Shown: positions 27,468 through 36,019, counted from the stretch's first letter. The stretch: 37,431 nucleotides of DNA from an uncultured Phycisphaerales bacterium (GCA_938084645.1 CALKEP010000072.1:1-37431); one strand, 5' to 3'. Notes: a model not told the origin generated them from the sequence alone. A program made the numbers and translations.

Positions 27468-29276
27468 TCAGGGCCGGGGAAGGGTGCTCATGCCGGCCGC
27501 ATCATTCCAGTCGTTGATTCCGAACGCGAGGGGGATGATGTCCCTTCGCCAGGTGGGACTGGAGATGCCCGCGTACTGCACGAACCCCCGTGGGCCATCG
27601 CGTCGGATCCCGAGCAGGATGCTGCCACCTCCGGCCTGGGAGATGGCCTCGACCAACCAGGCCTCCGGAAGCAGCACCGAGATCCGCCAACGATCGGAGA
27701 ATCGCCGGCTCTCCACCTGCAGCGACTCGTCCGGGCGACCGCGAAGTCGCTCCCACGATCCGTCGGGGCGGATCTCCACCACGCCGGCGGGCCGCCTGCG
27801 GTCACCGACCTGCAGGAAGATCCGGCCGTCCGGATCCGCGGTCGGCAGGAACCGGGCCTCGATGAAGATCTCCCACCGTCCCTCCCGTCGCCGAAGGATC
27901 GCCTGGGTCGATTCCGCCCCGTTGACCGCCTGCACCACGTCGCCGTCGACGTCGGCGAGGGTTCGCGGCAGAATGAAGGTTCCGAAGGATGCGCCGGGCG
28001 GTCGAACCGGAATCGCACGCGGACCGAATGGAATTCGCGTGACGCGACCCGCATGCGCGAGGGAGAGCACCTCGTCCGAGGGGAGCGGGCCACCGCCGAG
28101 ATCGGGGCGGTCGATCTCGTGCCGGGTGATCGTCGAGGGCGCCGCGAGCAGCGGGACGCCCGTGGGGTCGGACTCCCAGGTCGCGGTCACCACCAGCTCT
28201 CCGCGGGTCGGATTGAAGATGTCGACCTCGACCCGGTCGCCGTCGGAGGCGATCTCCATCGCGAGGAACGCCGGACGCGCATCCAACCAGGCGAGTCCGG
28301 CACCGACCGCCTCGGCCGGGGTGCGGCCCGGGTCGAGCAGCAACGAGCGAAGCCCCGCCAGCGCACGCTGATCGGTGGGCCACGCGGCCACCGATCGACC
28401 GCTCGGATCCGACCGATCGGTCACCACCGCGGTCAACCGCTCACGCAACTGACTCGCAGCCCCACGGCTCGAAGACGCCACCCGTCGAAGGCCGACCCGC
28501 CACTCGTTCGCGATCGATGTGGCGACGCGTCGCGCCAACTGGTTCTGGAATTCCCCGGCCGGTGGCCGAGCATCCTGGAGTTCTGCAAGAAGGCACCAGC
28601 GAAACCACTCCAGCGGATCATCGAGCACCGGATCCGCGTCATTCCCCCGGGTGCGAACCACGTCGCGATCCTCGGCCCATGCCGACGGTGGATCGAACCA
28701 CGCCGGCGTCCAGGCGGTTTCCGCGATGGCGATCTCGCCGTCCGCGTCACCGGGTACGGGTACGAGCAGGACCGGCACCCCGGGCAGCGCCTCCATCGGT
28801 CCGACCGCGCGCTGGCTCACCTCGAGGATCGTGTCCGGGCTCGTCCACGATCGGGCGTCGAGTGGTCGATCCCTCAGCCAGACCACGTCCGCGACGATCT
28901 CCCGACCTCCAATTCGAACCGGAATGGTCGGCGGCCACGCGATGGGACGTTCGGGAACGGCCAGCGGGAGGAGGAGATCACCCCCGCGGATCGCCGCCGG
29001 CGCGCGAACCGCGGGGGAGACCGCATCCACGGGTGCCGACTTCATCCCGTCGCGGACCGACGCCGTCGCGCCGGGGACCGAGAACCAGCCGATCAGGAGC
29101 AGGAACAGGCCACCGAGACGGGACGAAACGCGCCAGCGAACGTTCCGCGGCCGAGCAACGGCCCGGCCGCTGGTCCGGGGGCCGACGACGACCGAAGCGT
29201 TCTCAGGGGCGAACGATGCGGTCCGACGCAGTTTGACGGTTCGAGGTCTCATGGGCATTCGTGGTGACCGCACCAT
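27468..29276 (-). CDS. Exported hypothetical protein
   Basis: Long ORF with a signal-like hydrophobic segment (LGGLFLLLIGWFSVPGATA); true start probably downstream of 29276. Confidence 0.7.
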   Translation of the reverse strand: MVRSPRMPMRPRTVKLRRTASFAPENASVVVGPRTSGRAVARPRNVRWRVSSRLGGLFLLLIGWFSVPGATASVRDGMKSAPVDAVSPAVRAPAAIRGGDLLLPLAVPERPIAWPPTIPVRIGGREIVADVVWLRDRPLDARSWTSPDTILEVSQRAVGPMEALPGVPVLLVPVPGDADGEIAIAETAWTPAWFDPPSAWAEDRDVVRTRGNDADPVLDDPLEWFRWCLLAELQDARPPAGEFQNQLARRVATSIANEWRVGLRRVASSSRGAASQLRERLTAVVTDRSDPSGRSVAAWPTDQRALAGLRSLLLDPGRTPAEAVGAGLAWLDARPAFLAMEIASDGDRVEVDIFNPTRGELVVTATWESDPTGVPLLAAPSTITRHEIDRPDLGGGPLPSDEVLSLAHAGRVTRIPFGPRAIPVRPPGASFGTFILPRTLADVDGDVVQAVNGAESTQAILRRREGRWEIFIEARFLPTADPDGRIFLQVGDRRRPAGVVEIRPDGSWERLRGRPDESLQVESRRFSDRWRISVLLPEAWLVEAISQAGGGSILLGIRRDGPRGFVQYAGISSPTWRRDIIPLAFGINDWNDAAGMSTLPRP

Positions 29277-29339
29277 GCTACCCGTCGATCACGCGCCGGC
29301 GGCGCCGCGTTCCATTCCGGCTTCCGAGGGGGATTCGAC

Positions 29340-29573
29340 ATGATGGGTTACGACGAACAGGGTGGAACGGTGTTCACGATCCACGCGCCGGACGCGGAAG
29401 TGGTCGAATTGACCGCACGATTCGGCGGAGATCACGAGCGGACGCTCGCGATGCGAAGATGCGGCGATGGCGGATGGTGCCTCCGCCTTCACCCGGGATT
29501 GCGTTGCACCACCTACCGCTTTCGCGTGGATGGCCGTTTCCTCCCGAATCAGGACCTCCTCGACGCCATCTGA
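29340..29573 (+). CDS. Small stand-alone CBM48/early-set (glycogen-binding-like) domain protein
   Basis: F..APDAEVVEL...F....MRR..DGGW......YRFRVDG pattern; GAGGGGG RBS. Confidence 0.65.
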   Translation: MMGYDEQGGTVFTIHAPDAEVVELTARFGGDHERTLAMRRCGDGGWCLRLHPGLRCTTYRFRVDGRFLPNQDLLDAI

Positions 29574-29711
29574 CTCGGGCAAGCCGGGATCACGCCGCGG
29601 ATCAGGTGCCGGTGCGACGCCGCGACCTCCCGGGGCCGTTCTCATGAAAACCATGCTTGATTCCCCATGGTTCGGACCGCGACCTCGGCATTGTTCTACC
29701 CTGTGGTCGCG

Positions 29712-30179
29712 ATGAACAATCCTCCACCCGCCATCGTCCGATTCAAGCGCCTCGCCTTCGGAGCGCTCGTCCTGACCGTCGCGTCCGGATGCGGTGACAC
29801 CGCGACGACCAGCCCCGCACCGCCCTCGACGCCTCCCGAAGCGACGGAGACCGCGTCCACCGAGCTTCGACGGGGGTACGAGATCCCGATTCCGATGAAC
29901 GAGTTCTGGGACGGCACGAAGACGCTCAAGTACACCTACGAGATGCGGTTCGACACCGACGGCAAGATCCACCGGAACGGATGGGGTCGTGCCTACTACG
30001 CGAACGGCGTGATCGAACGCGAGGGGGCCTATCGCTACGATCACGATCTCGAGATGAGCGAGCGCATGGGCACCTGGACCTACTACGAGGCGGACGGAAG
30101 CGTGAAGCGGGTCGAGGAACGCGGCGGCACGCCGATCTGGACCGGCCCCGACCAGCAGACGCCACCCCCCGGAACCTGA
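29712..30179 (+). CDS. Lipoprotein with MORN-variant (YwqK-like) repeats
   Basis: Lipobox ASGC; G.GRAYYANGVIEREGAY and GTWTYYEADGS repeats. Confidence 0.7.
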   Translation: MNNPPPAIVRFKRLAFGALVLTVASGCGDTATTSPAPPSTPPEATETASTELRRGYEIPIPMNEFWDGTKTLKYTYEMRFDTDGKIHRNGWGRAYYANGVIEREGAYRYDHDLEMSERMGTWTYYEADGSVKRVEERGGTPIWTGPDQQTPPPGT

Positions 30180-30182
30180 AGC

Positions 30183-30884
30183 GTGTCGATTCCCGACCCC
30201 AACCTCGATCATGCCGTTCACTTCCTCGAGTCGATCCGAGGCCGACGAAGCGTTCGCGAATTCAGTGATCGCCCCGTGTCGCAGGCGGTGATCGAGCATC
30301 TCATCGCATCCGCCGGCTCGGCCCCGAGCGGCGCGAACAAGCAGCCCTGGCGATTCATCGCGGTGCAGGATCCGGCGCTCAAACGCGAGATCCGGGAAGC
30401 CGCCGAGGAAGAGGAGCGGAAGCTCTACGACGGACGGGCGAACCCCGACTGGCTCGAGGACCTCGCGCCGCTCGGGACGAATGCGCAGAAACCGTTCCTC
30501 GAGACCGCACCCTGGCTGGTGATCGTCTTCAAACAGGTTCGGAACACCGATCCGGAGCGGGGAAGCGAACAGGTCTACTACGTCAACGAGTCGGTCGGTA
30601 TCGCGGTCGGGATGTTTCTCGCCGCAGCGCAGTGCGCGGGGCTCGCCACCCTGACGCACACCCCGAGTCCGATGAAGTTCCTCGCCGGCATCCTCGGCCG
30701 TCCGGAACACGAGCGCCCGTTCATGGTGATTCCGGTCGGTCATCCCGCGGAGGGATCGACGCTCCCGGACATCCGGCGAAAATCGCTCGACGTGATCATG
30801 CGGGTGGATCGGGATCGGAGCCCGAACGAGGACGACCCGGACCGCTCGTTGCCTTCGTCGATGCCGCCGACGACCGACGGATGA
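30183..30884 (+). CDS. Nitroreductase superfamily, iodotyrosine deiodinase-like flavoprotein
   Basis: RRSVREF, APSGANKQPW, EEEERKLY, LGTNAQKPFL, YYVNESVGIA, TLTHTP. Confidence 0.85.
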   Translation: MSIPDPNLDHAVHFLESIRGRRSVREFSDRPVSQAVIEHLIASAGSAPSGANKQPWRFIAVQDPALKREIREAAEEEERKLYDGRANPDWLEDLAPLGTNAQKPFLETAPWLVIVFKQVRNTDPERGSEQVYYVNESVGIAVGMFLAAAQCAGLATLTHTPSPMKFLAGILGRPEHERPFMVIPVGHPAEGSTLPDIRRKSLDVIMRVDRDRSPNEDDPDRSLPSSMPPTTDG

Positions 30885-31680
30885 CCGCTTCCGCGATGCG
30901 TTGCAGTTGATCGCGTCGATATCCCTCGTCGTCGAGGAATCGGCACGATCCGGGATCGGCCTCCGAACCACCGCCGGCCCGAGCGGAAGCCGCGGACCGT
31001 CGGGAACCATCAGCCTTCGCCGGCATTCGGTAGCCCGGCCCGTACCCGAACCGGGTCAGTCGTCCGAGCGGGGTCGCGATCGGGGCGGTGGCGGCTCGCG
31101 ATGACTCGGGAGCTCCGGGGTCGACGCCGGGAGGCGGCGGCCCCTGTCCGAGATCGAGCGGATTCAACGGCAGGATCCGGCCGTGCCCGGGCTCGGCGCC
31201 CATCGGCACCCCACCGATCACGAACACGGTCGACGCGGGTATGTCCGGCAGCATCCCCTGCCGGGTCGCGACGTAGATCGACTGTGGAAAGGTGGCCACC
31301 AGCCCGCCGTCGGCTCGCATGAACCCACCACCGGGGCGGGAGAAGACCTGGCGGTATCCCGAAGGCATCTGCAGTCCGAATTCGACCGTCCTCAGTCCAC
31401 CATCGAGCGGGCCCCGATCGGCCACCGCCTGATCGACCGGACGAAGGTCCACGGATCGAACGGGCTCGATCCCCACCTCCCGGACCGACAAGCCTCGCGC
31501 CCGCGCTTCCGACATCGATCCGAGATAGGTCGGTTCCGCGTCGTTGCCCCGGGTCGGTGGCGCGGCATCCGCGACGTCGGCCGATACGACCACCGACGCC
31601 ACGAGGAGGGCCGTGGTCAGCACGACGGACGTCGGCGGAATGCACCGTCGAAGACGGTGCGATCGAGAAAGCGGCTTCAC
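30796..31680 (-). CDS. Exported hypothetical protein
   Basis: Signal peptide ending ADA-APP; globular core 'DQAVADRGPL...FPQSIY...STVFVIG'; 3' end overlaps the convergent nitroreductase gene by 89 nt. Confidence 0.65.
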   Translation of the reverse strand: MKPLSRSHRLRRCIPPTSVVLTTALLVASVVVSADVADAAPPTRGNDAEPTYLGSMSEARARGLSVREVGIEPVRSVDLRPVDQAVADRGPLDGGLRTVEFGLQMPSGYRQVFSRPGGGFMRADGGLVATFPQSIYVATRQGMLPDIPASTVFVIGGVPMGAEPGHGRILPLNPLDLGQGPPPPGVDPGAPESSRAATAPIATPLGRLTRFGYGPGYRMPAKADGSRRSAASARAGGGSEADPGSCRFLDDEGYRRDQLQRIAEAVIRRSSAASTKATSGPGRPRSGSDPDPPA

Positions 31681-31712
31681 GCTCAGATCATCGGCCCGCC
31701 AGGCGGGTCGAC

Positions 31713-32519
31713 TCAAGCGCAATCATCCCGCTCGGGATCCCAGGACAGGATCCGGGTCGCCGCGGCTGGCCAGGCCTCCACCACCCCGTCGTCACCACGG
31801 ACGCGAAGCGATCCAGTCGGATCGAGTGATTCCAGGATCCCGCGATGCACCCGGTCCCCGCACTCGATCTCGACCCGGCGACCGGTCGGGAGATGATCCT
31901 CCACGAATCGTGTCGTCAACGTGGCTCGATCCGCGTCGAGGGCCTCCGAGACCCGAGCCGGTAGCGTCTCGATCAGATCGATCCGTCGATATCCCGGACC
32001 GGCGCCCAGCTCCTCGAGTCCGATCGCCGAAAGTCCTTCCGGCCACGTCCGCGGGTGGACGTTGATGCCGACCCCGATCACCGCGACCTCGTCCGCGACT
32101 TCGACGAGGATTCCACCGACTTTCGCACCCCGCCGTCGCTCGACGAGATCGTTCGGAAACTTGATGCCGACCCGACCACGTTCGGCGTCCGGGAGTGCCG
32201 CGCGAATCGCGTCAAGGGTCCCGATGGTCGAACCGAGGAGCAGCCGGTCCACCGCCTCAGCCCTCGTGGCGAGGCTGATCGCGACGCCGGTTCCGAGATC
32301 CTCGATCCAGCGTTGTCCTCGTCGGCCGCGGCCACGCGTCTGACGCCCGGCCACCACCACGGCGCCAGGGCCGGAGGCACGGGCAAGGTCCTGGGTCGAA
32401 TCACAGGTCGCGAGCACCCGGACGAGCGACGGATCGAATCGCGTGCCTCGACAGCCGGCCTCGATCCGGTCGGCCCAGTCCTCGAGTTCGACCGAGGGCG
32501 TTCGGTCGGGCGAGGTCAT
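31713..32519 (-). CDS. birA: Biotin--protein ligase (no N-terminal HTH)
   Basis: DSTQD, QTRGRGRRG..W, IKFPND, KVGGILVE, GVGINV; ATGA overlap with nadC. Confidence 0.9.
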   Translation of the reverse strand: MTSPDRTPSVELEDWADRIEAGCRGTRFDPSLVRVLATCDSTQDLARASGPGAVVVAGRQTRGRGRRGQRWIEDLGTGVAISLATRAEAVDRLLLGSTIGTLDAIRAALPDAERGRVGIKFPNDLVERRRGAKVGGILVEVADEVAVIGVGINVHPRTWPEGLSAIGLEELGAGPGYRRIDLIETLPARVSEALDADRATLTTRFVEDHLPTGRRVEIECGDRVHRGILESLDPTGSLRVRGDDGVVEAWPAAATRILSWDPERDDCA

Positions 32520-33445
32520 TCGATGTCGAGCCCGAAATCGACCTGCACCGCGGAGTGGGTGATCGCGCCCACCGCGATCCGGTCGACGCCGGTCTCCGCG
32601 ACTTCACGAACCGAGTCGAGGGTGACTCCACCAGATGCTTCCAGAAGCAGGGCGCGACGACGTTGATTCCGTCGCTCGACCGCGGCACGCATGGTCTCGG
32701 GATCCATGTTGTCGAGCAGGACCACGTCCACGGTGCCCGAAGGAAGATCGAGAATCTCCTCGAACTGCTCGAGGCGGTCGACTTCGATCTCGATGAACCG
32801 GGGCCGCATCTGCTCCCGAGCCGCGGTGACCGCCGCTTCGATCGCCTCGCCGGAGTCCGAACCGATGCCCACCAGATGGTTGTCCTTCACGAGCACCGCG
32901 TCGTAGAGACCGATTCGATGGAGCGTTCCACCGCCCGCTCGGACCGCGTACTTCTCGATGGTCCGGAGCCCGGGCGTGGTCTTTCGGGTGTCGACGATCG
33001 TGACGCCCGTTCCCGTCACCGCCTCGACGAACTCCCGCGTCGTGGTCGCGACGCCGGATGCACGCCCCAGCAGATTGAGCAGGGTTCGCTCGACGGGAAG
33101 CAGCGCCGCGAGCGGACCTCTGAACTCCATCACCCGGGTCCCCGCCTCCACGCGATCGCCGTCCACCGCGAGCGGCTCCGACTCGATGATCCCCGCCGCA
33201 CGGGCCGCGATCCGGCGCACGATCGGCAGGCCGCAGACCACCCCGTCCTGTCGGGCCCGGATCTCCGCTCTGACCTCGACGTCGGGCGCGATGAACGCCT
33301 CGGTGGTGATGTCGCCGACGTCGCCGAAATCCTCGGACAGCCATCGCTCGATGGCCGCCTCGAGCGTCGGCTCGACCAGCCGCTCGAAGAGCTCCGCGAG
33401 CGAACATTCACCGAAGGGTTCGAATCGACTTTTGGCTTCGGACAC
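32516..33445 (-). CDS. nadC: Quinolinate phosphoribosyltransferase
   Basis: GDITT, DTRKTTPGLR, HRIGLYDAVLVKDNH, EIEVD, LLDNM, EASGG; start (GTG 33445) uncertain. Confidence 0.95.
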   Translation of the reverse strand: MSEAKSRFEPFGECSLAELFERLVEPTLEAAIERWLSEDFGDVGDITTEAFIAPDVEVRAEIRARQDGVVCGLPIVRRIAARAAGIIESEPLAVDGDRVEAGTRVMEFRGPLAALLPVERTLLNLLGRASGVATTTREFVEAVTGTGVTIVDTRKTTPGLRTIEKYAVRAGGGTLHRIGLYDAVLVKDNHLVGIGSDSGEAIEAAVTAAREQMRPRFIEIEVDRLEQFEEILDLPSGTVDVVLLDNMDPETMRAAVERRNQRRRALLLEASGGVTLDSVREVAETGVDRIAVGAITHSAVQVDFGLDIE

Positions 33446-33567
33446 GGGTGTGGATTCCAGTGAGGATGAACAGCGACGCGGAAGCGTCCGACCGACGGGC
33501 ATCGTACGATCGATGGGTCGACCTCACCTCGTTCCATCCGAACCTCGATTCACGGGAGCCGACCGTC

Positions 33568-33975
33568 ATGACCGTCTTCGCCAAGATCCTCGCGGGCGAG
33601 ATCCCCTGCCACCGCGTCTACGAGGACGAACACGTGCTCGCGTTCCTCGACGTCGCGCCGTTGAGCCCCGGGCACGTGCTCTTGATTCCCAGGGAGGCCC
33701 GGCCGACCCTCGGTGAACTCTCCGACGAGGCGGGAGCGGCCCTCGGGAGGGTGCTTCCGCGGCTGTGCCGCGCCGTCTGCGCGGCGACCGGCGCCTCCGC
33801 CTACAACGTGCTCCAGAACAACGGTTCCGAGGCCCACCAGGCGGTGATGCACGTCCACTTCCACATCATCCCGCGGCTTGATGGCCAGGGCCTCGGCCTC
33901 GAATGGTCCACGCTGGATCCTGGTGACGATGCGGCGCGGCTCGCCGAGACGATCTCCGCGGCCGTCGACCCCTGA
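33568..33975 (+). CDS. HIT family nucleotide hydrolase
   Basis: FAKILAGEIP, AFLD..P.SPGHVLLIP, HVHFHIIPR histidine triad. Confidence 0.95.
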   Translation: MTVFAKILAGEIPCHRVYEDEHVLAFLDVAPLSPGHVLLIPREARPTLGELSDEAGAALGRVLPRLCRAVCAATGASAYNVLQNNGSEAHQAVMHVHFHIIPRLDGQGLGLEWSTLDPGDDAARLAETISAAVDP

Positions 33976-33990
33976 TCCCCGCACGGCGAC

Positions 33991-34878
33991 TCAGCCGCCG
34001 GTGAATCGGAGCATCCCCCATCGTTCCGGGACGTGCATGTTGATCTCCCACTGGGGCGTCCAGGTCCAGTTGTGTTCGGGGCGGCCTTCGACCTTCCGAT
34101 ACGCGCCCTCGTGAACCTCGAGATCCCACTGGACCCGGGAGAAGTTGATCCGCCAGACGTCGCCGATCGATGGAACCGTCGCACGCAGATGTTCGGTGAT
34201 CGGCGGGAGCGTCCACTCGGTGCCATCGGCGCGTCGGGTCGGAGGCTTGAGATCGGCGAACGGGATCGCGAGTTCCACGACCCAGCCCTCGTCCCGGTCC
34301 GAGGCGTCGTTGACGGTGCCCGAGGCGTGGATCGCGAACCGCATTCCAGATGCGTCCCACCCGTGCTCGGCCGGGCCGCCGAGCCGGTACGGCCGCTGGA
34401 GGAACAGATCGAAGATCGTCCCCAGCACGTTGATCTCGATCTCGTAGTACTCGTCCCCGTCTCCATCGGGATCGATGAAGACCTCGAAGTCGTTCTCGTG
34501 GAACACGATCATGTCCCGACGGTCGTAGGTCGCCCAGAGATCGGGCTCCTCCATCTCGCAGCCGATGTAGAGATTCGAATCGTCCCACGCCATCTTCGAT
34601 CGGGTGCGGTACCTCGGATCGATCCGCGCCTCGCCTTCGATGTCGCGATAGTCGGCCGTCCAGGCCGCCGCCGCCCAGGCGCCGGATTCCAGATCGCCAT
34701 CGAACGCCGGCGGCGCCTCGAGCCGCGGACAGTCGTAGACCAGAGGCGGGTGCAGGACCTCGACCGTCGGCTGGGCGACGGTGCCCCGAGCGACGCCCGT
34801 CTCGCAGCCGGCAAGTGACGCGAGGGCGGTGAGCACGAGTCCCGTCAACGGGATCAACCTGAATCGATGATGCTTCAT
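33991..34878 (-). CDS. Carbohydrate-binding family 9-like (DOMON-like) lipoprotein
   Basis: Lipobox LAGC; DGDL..AW, WDDSNLY, NDFEVFIDP, YYEIEIN, WVVELAIPF, WRINFSR, HVPERWG. Confidence 0.85.
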   Translation of the reverse strand: MKHHRFRLIPLTGLVLTALASLAGCETGVARGTVAQPTVEVLHPPLVYDCPRLEAPPAFDGDLESGAWAAAAWTADYRDIEGEARIDPRYRTRSKMAWDDSNLYIGCEMEEPDLWATYDRRDMIVFHENDFEVFIDPDGDGDEYYEIEINVLGTIFDLFLQRPYRLGGPAEHGWDASGMRFAIHASGTVNDASDRDEGWVVELAIPFADLKPPTRRADGTEWTLPPITEHLRATVPSIGDVWRINFSRVQWDLEVHEGAYRKVEGRPEHNWTWTPQWEINMHVPERWGMLRFTGG

Positions 34879-34954
34879 GACTGCACGGTAACCGCCGCGG
34901 ATCCGACGACATCGGAGGAAAATTCCAAAGAGCAATCGAGACCGAATCCACTGG

Positions 34955-34970
34955 TGGCAAAGGACTTGCA
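34955..34970 (+). promoter_or_regulatory. Putative sigma-54 (-24/-12) promoter
   Basis: TGGCAAAGGACTTGCA: GG-N10-GC with TGGCA and TTGCA matching the TGGCACG-N4-TTGCW consensus, in a non-coding region. Confidence 0.65.
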
Positions 34971-34980
34971 TCGCCTTCCG

Positions 34981-35269
34981 GTGCCCGCGTGGCGAATAAG
35001 AACACCCCTTCCGCTTGCGTCAGGCTGGATTTGGGGCATCTTGTGAGCGTGAGAGCCAATCGGCGTTTCGCGGAGAAGACCTTCGGGTCGACCTCGACGA
35101 AAGACGGTTGGTCGTGAGGAAAAAGGGAACATTTCGATTCGGTCCTGGTTCGTGATCAGCTCCTGGGAGGAGCAGATCGTGGAAATCAGACCGAACTCCA
35201 TCGCAAAGCGTTGCGACTGGAGTCCCGTTCCCGGCCCCCCCACGACCCATCTCGTCTGGAAGACCTCGA
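34981..35269 (+). ncRNA. Candidate structured leader or ncRNA, family not recognised
   Basis: Nested helices with G-U pairs that work only on the + strand, a cUUCGg tetraloop (35081-35086) and a three-way junction closed by GGGAAC/GTTCCC; boundaries approximate. Confidence 0.5.
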
Positions 35270-35590
35270 TTGAACCCGCTCCAGCCCGAACAATTCGATG
35301 CCCGGATGATTGACTCGCTCATCGAGCCCGAACCGATCGACTCGACGCTGCGACAGGTGGCTCGCCCATCGGCGGTCCTCGAGGCGCTCCGATCAGACAC
35401 ACGCATTCTGGACGCGAAGTCGGTCCGATTCGTTCCCAGGCTCTCGGGCCTGCGGACCCTCGCCTCGCTCCCCGGCGGACTCGACCGACCCCGACCCGGC
35501 GGCCGACGCCCGTTCGATCGCACCCACGGTGAACGCGACCTCGCCCGAACGCGGCAATTCCGCGTCGGCGCACGTCGCACCCAGGCCTGA
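35270..35590 (+). CDS. Small hypothetical protein with Arg-rich C-terminus
   Basis: Mostly G/C third codon positions; TTG start after GGAAG (alternative ATG 35306); terminator directly downstream. Confidence 0.55.
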   Translation: MNPLQPEQFDARMIDSLIEPEPIDSTLRQVARPSAVLEALRSDTRILDAKSVRFVPRLSGLRTLASLPGGLDRPRPGGRRPFDRTHGERDLARTRQFRVGARRTQA

Positions 35591-35615
35591 CGCAGCCGCG
35601 TTCCAGACCGATGAC

Positions 35616-35652
35616 GCCCACCCGAGGATTCCTCCGGGTGTGCTTTTCGTTT
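35616..35652 (+). terminator. Intrinsic terminator
   Basis: CACCCG-AGG-att-CCT-c-CGGGTG hairpin followed by TGCTTTTCGTTT. Confidence 0.7.
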
Positions 35653-36019
35653 GCCTGATCCGGTTCTTCGTGCGAGAACGCGGACTGTGTTGCGACCCCG
35701 CAAGGCTTCAGTGAAGTCGCGCGTCACCCCATTGAGTCGACCACTGCAACCCGGAGAATGAGGGTCCACGAAGGCGTGTCTTCGCGGGTGGCTGGGCGTT
35801 CCAGCGAACGGAAAGGACACGCCCGGGGGGATATCACCGAATGCCTCGTCACGCGTCGCCTCGACGTGGCGAGGAAAGCGACGATGCTCGATCGAACGGG
35901 AGTCGACCGATCTGACCGGGCATCACGTCATCGAGGCATTCCCACTTTCGGCCGGTCCCTCCCGGCCAAGGCTTCCATGCCAACGTTCCCGACTGATTCC
36001 AAAGAAGGAGATTCCACCA

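Noticed and set aside
35117..35135. AAAAGGGAA resembling a cobalamin riboswitch, and GAGGAAA resembling RNase P RNA
   Set aside because: The required downstream elements (CGGTG..AATCCG and GCCCCCGCAACTGT; GTCC and the 3' P4 strand) are absent
35154..35178. Resemblance of GATCAGCTCCTGGGAGGAGCAGATC to SRP RNA helix 8
   Set aside because: Lacks the CAGG/AGCA symmetric loop and the GNRA tetraloop; it pairs as a simple stem
35660..36019. Sigma-54 promoter expected upstream of the PEP-CTERM-like gene; also ORFs 35020-35820 (-) and 35758-36564 (+)
   Set aside because: No convincing GG-N10-GC box found by eye; the ORFs have R/S/P-rich, non-coding-like composition
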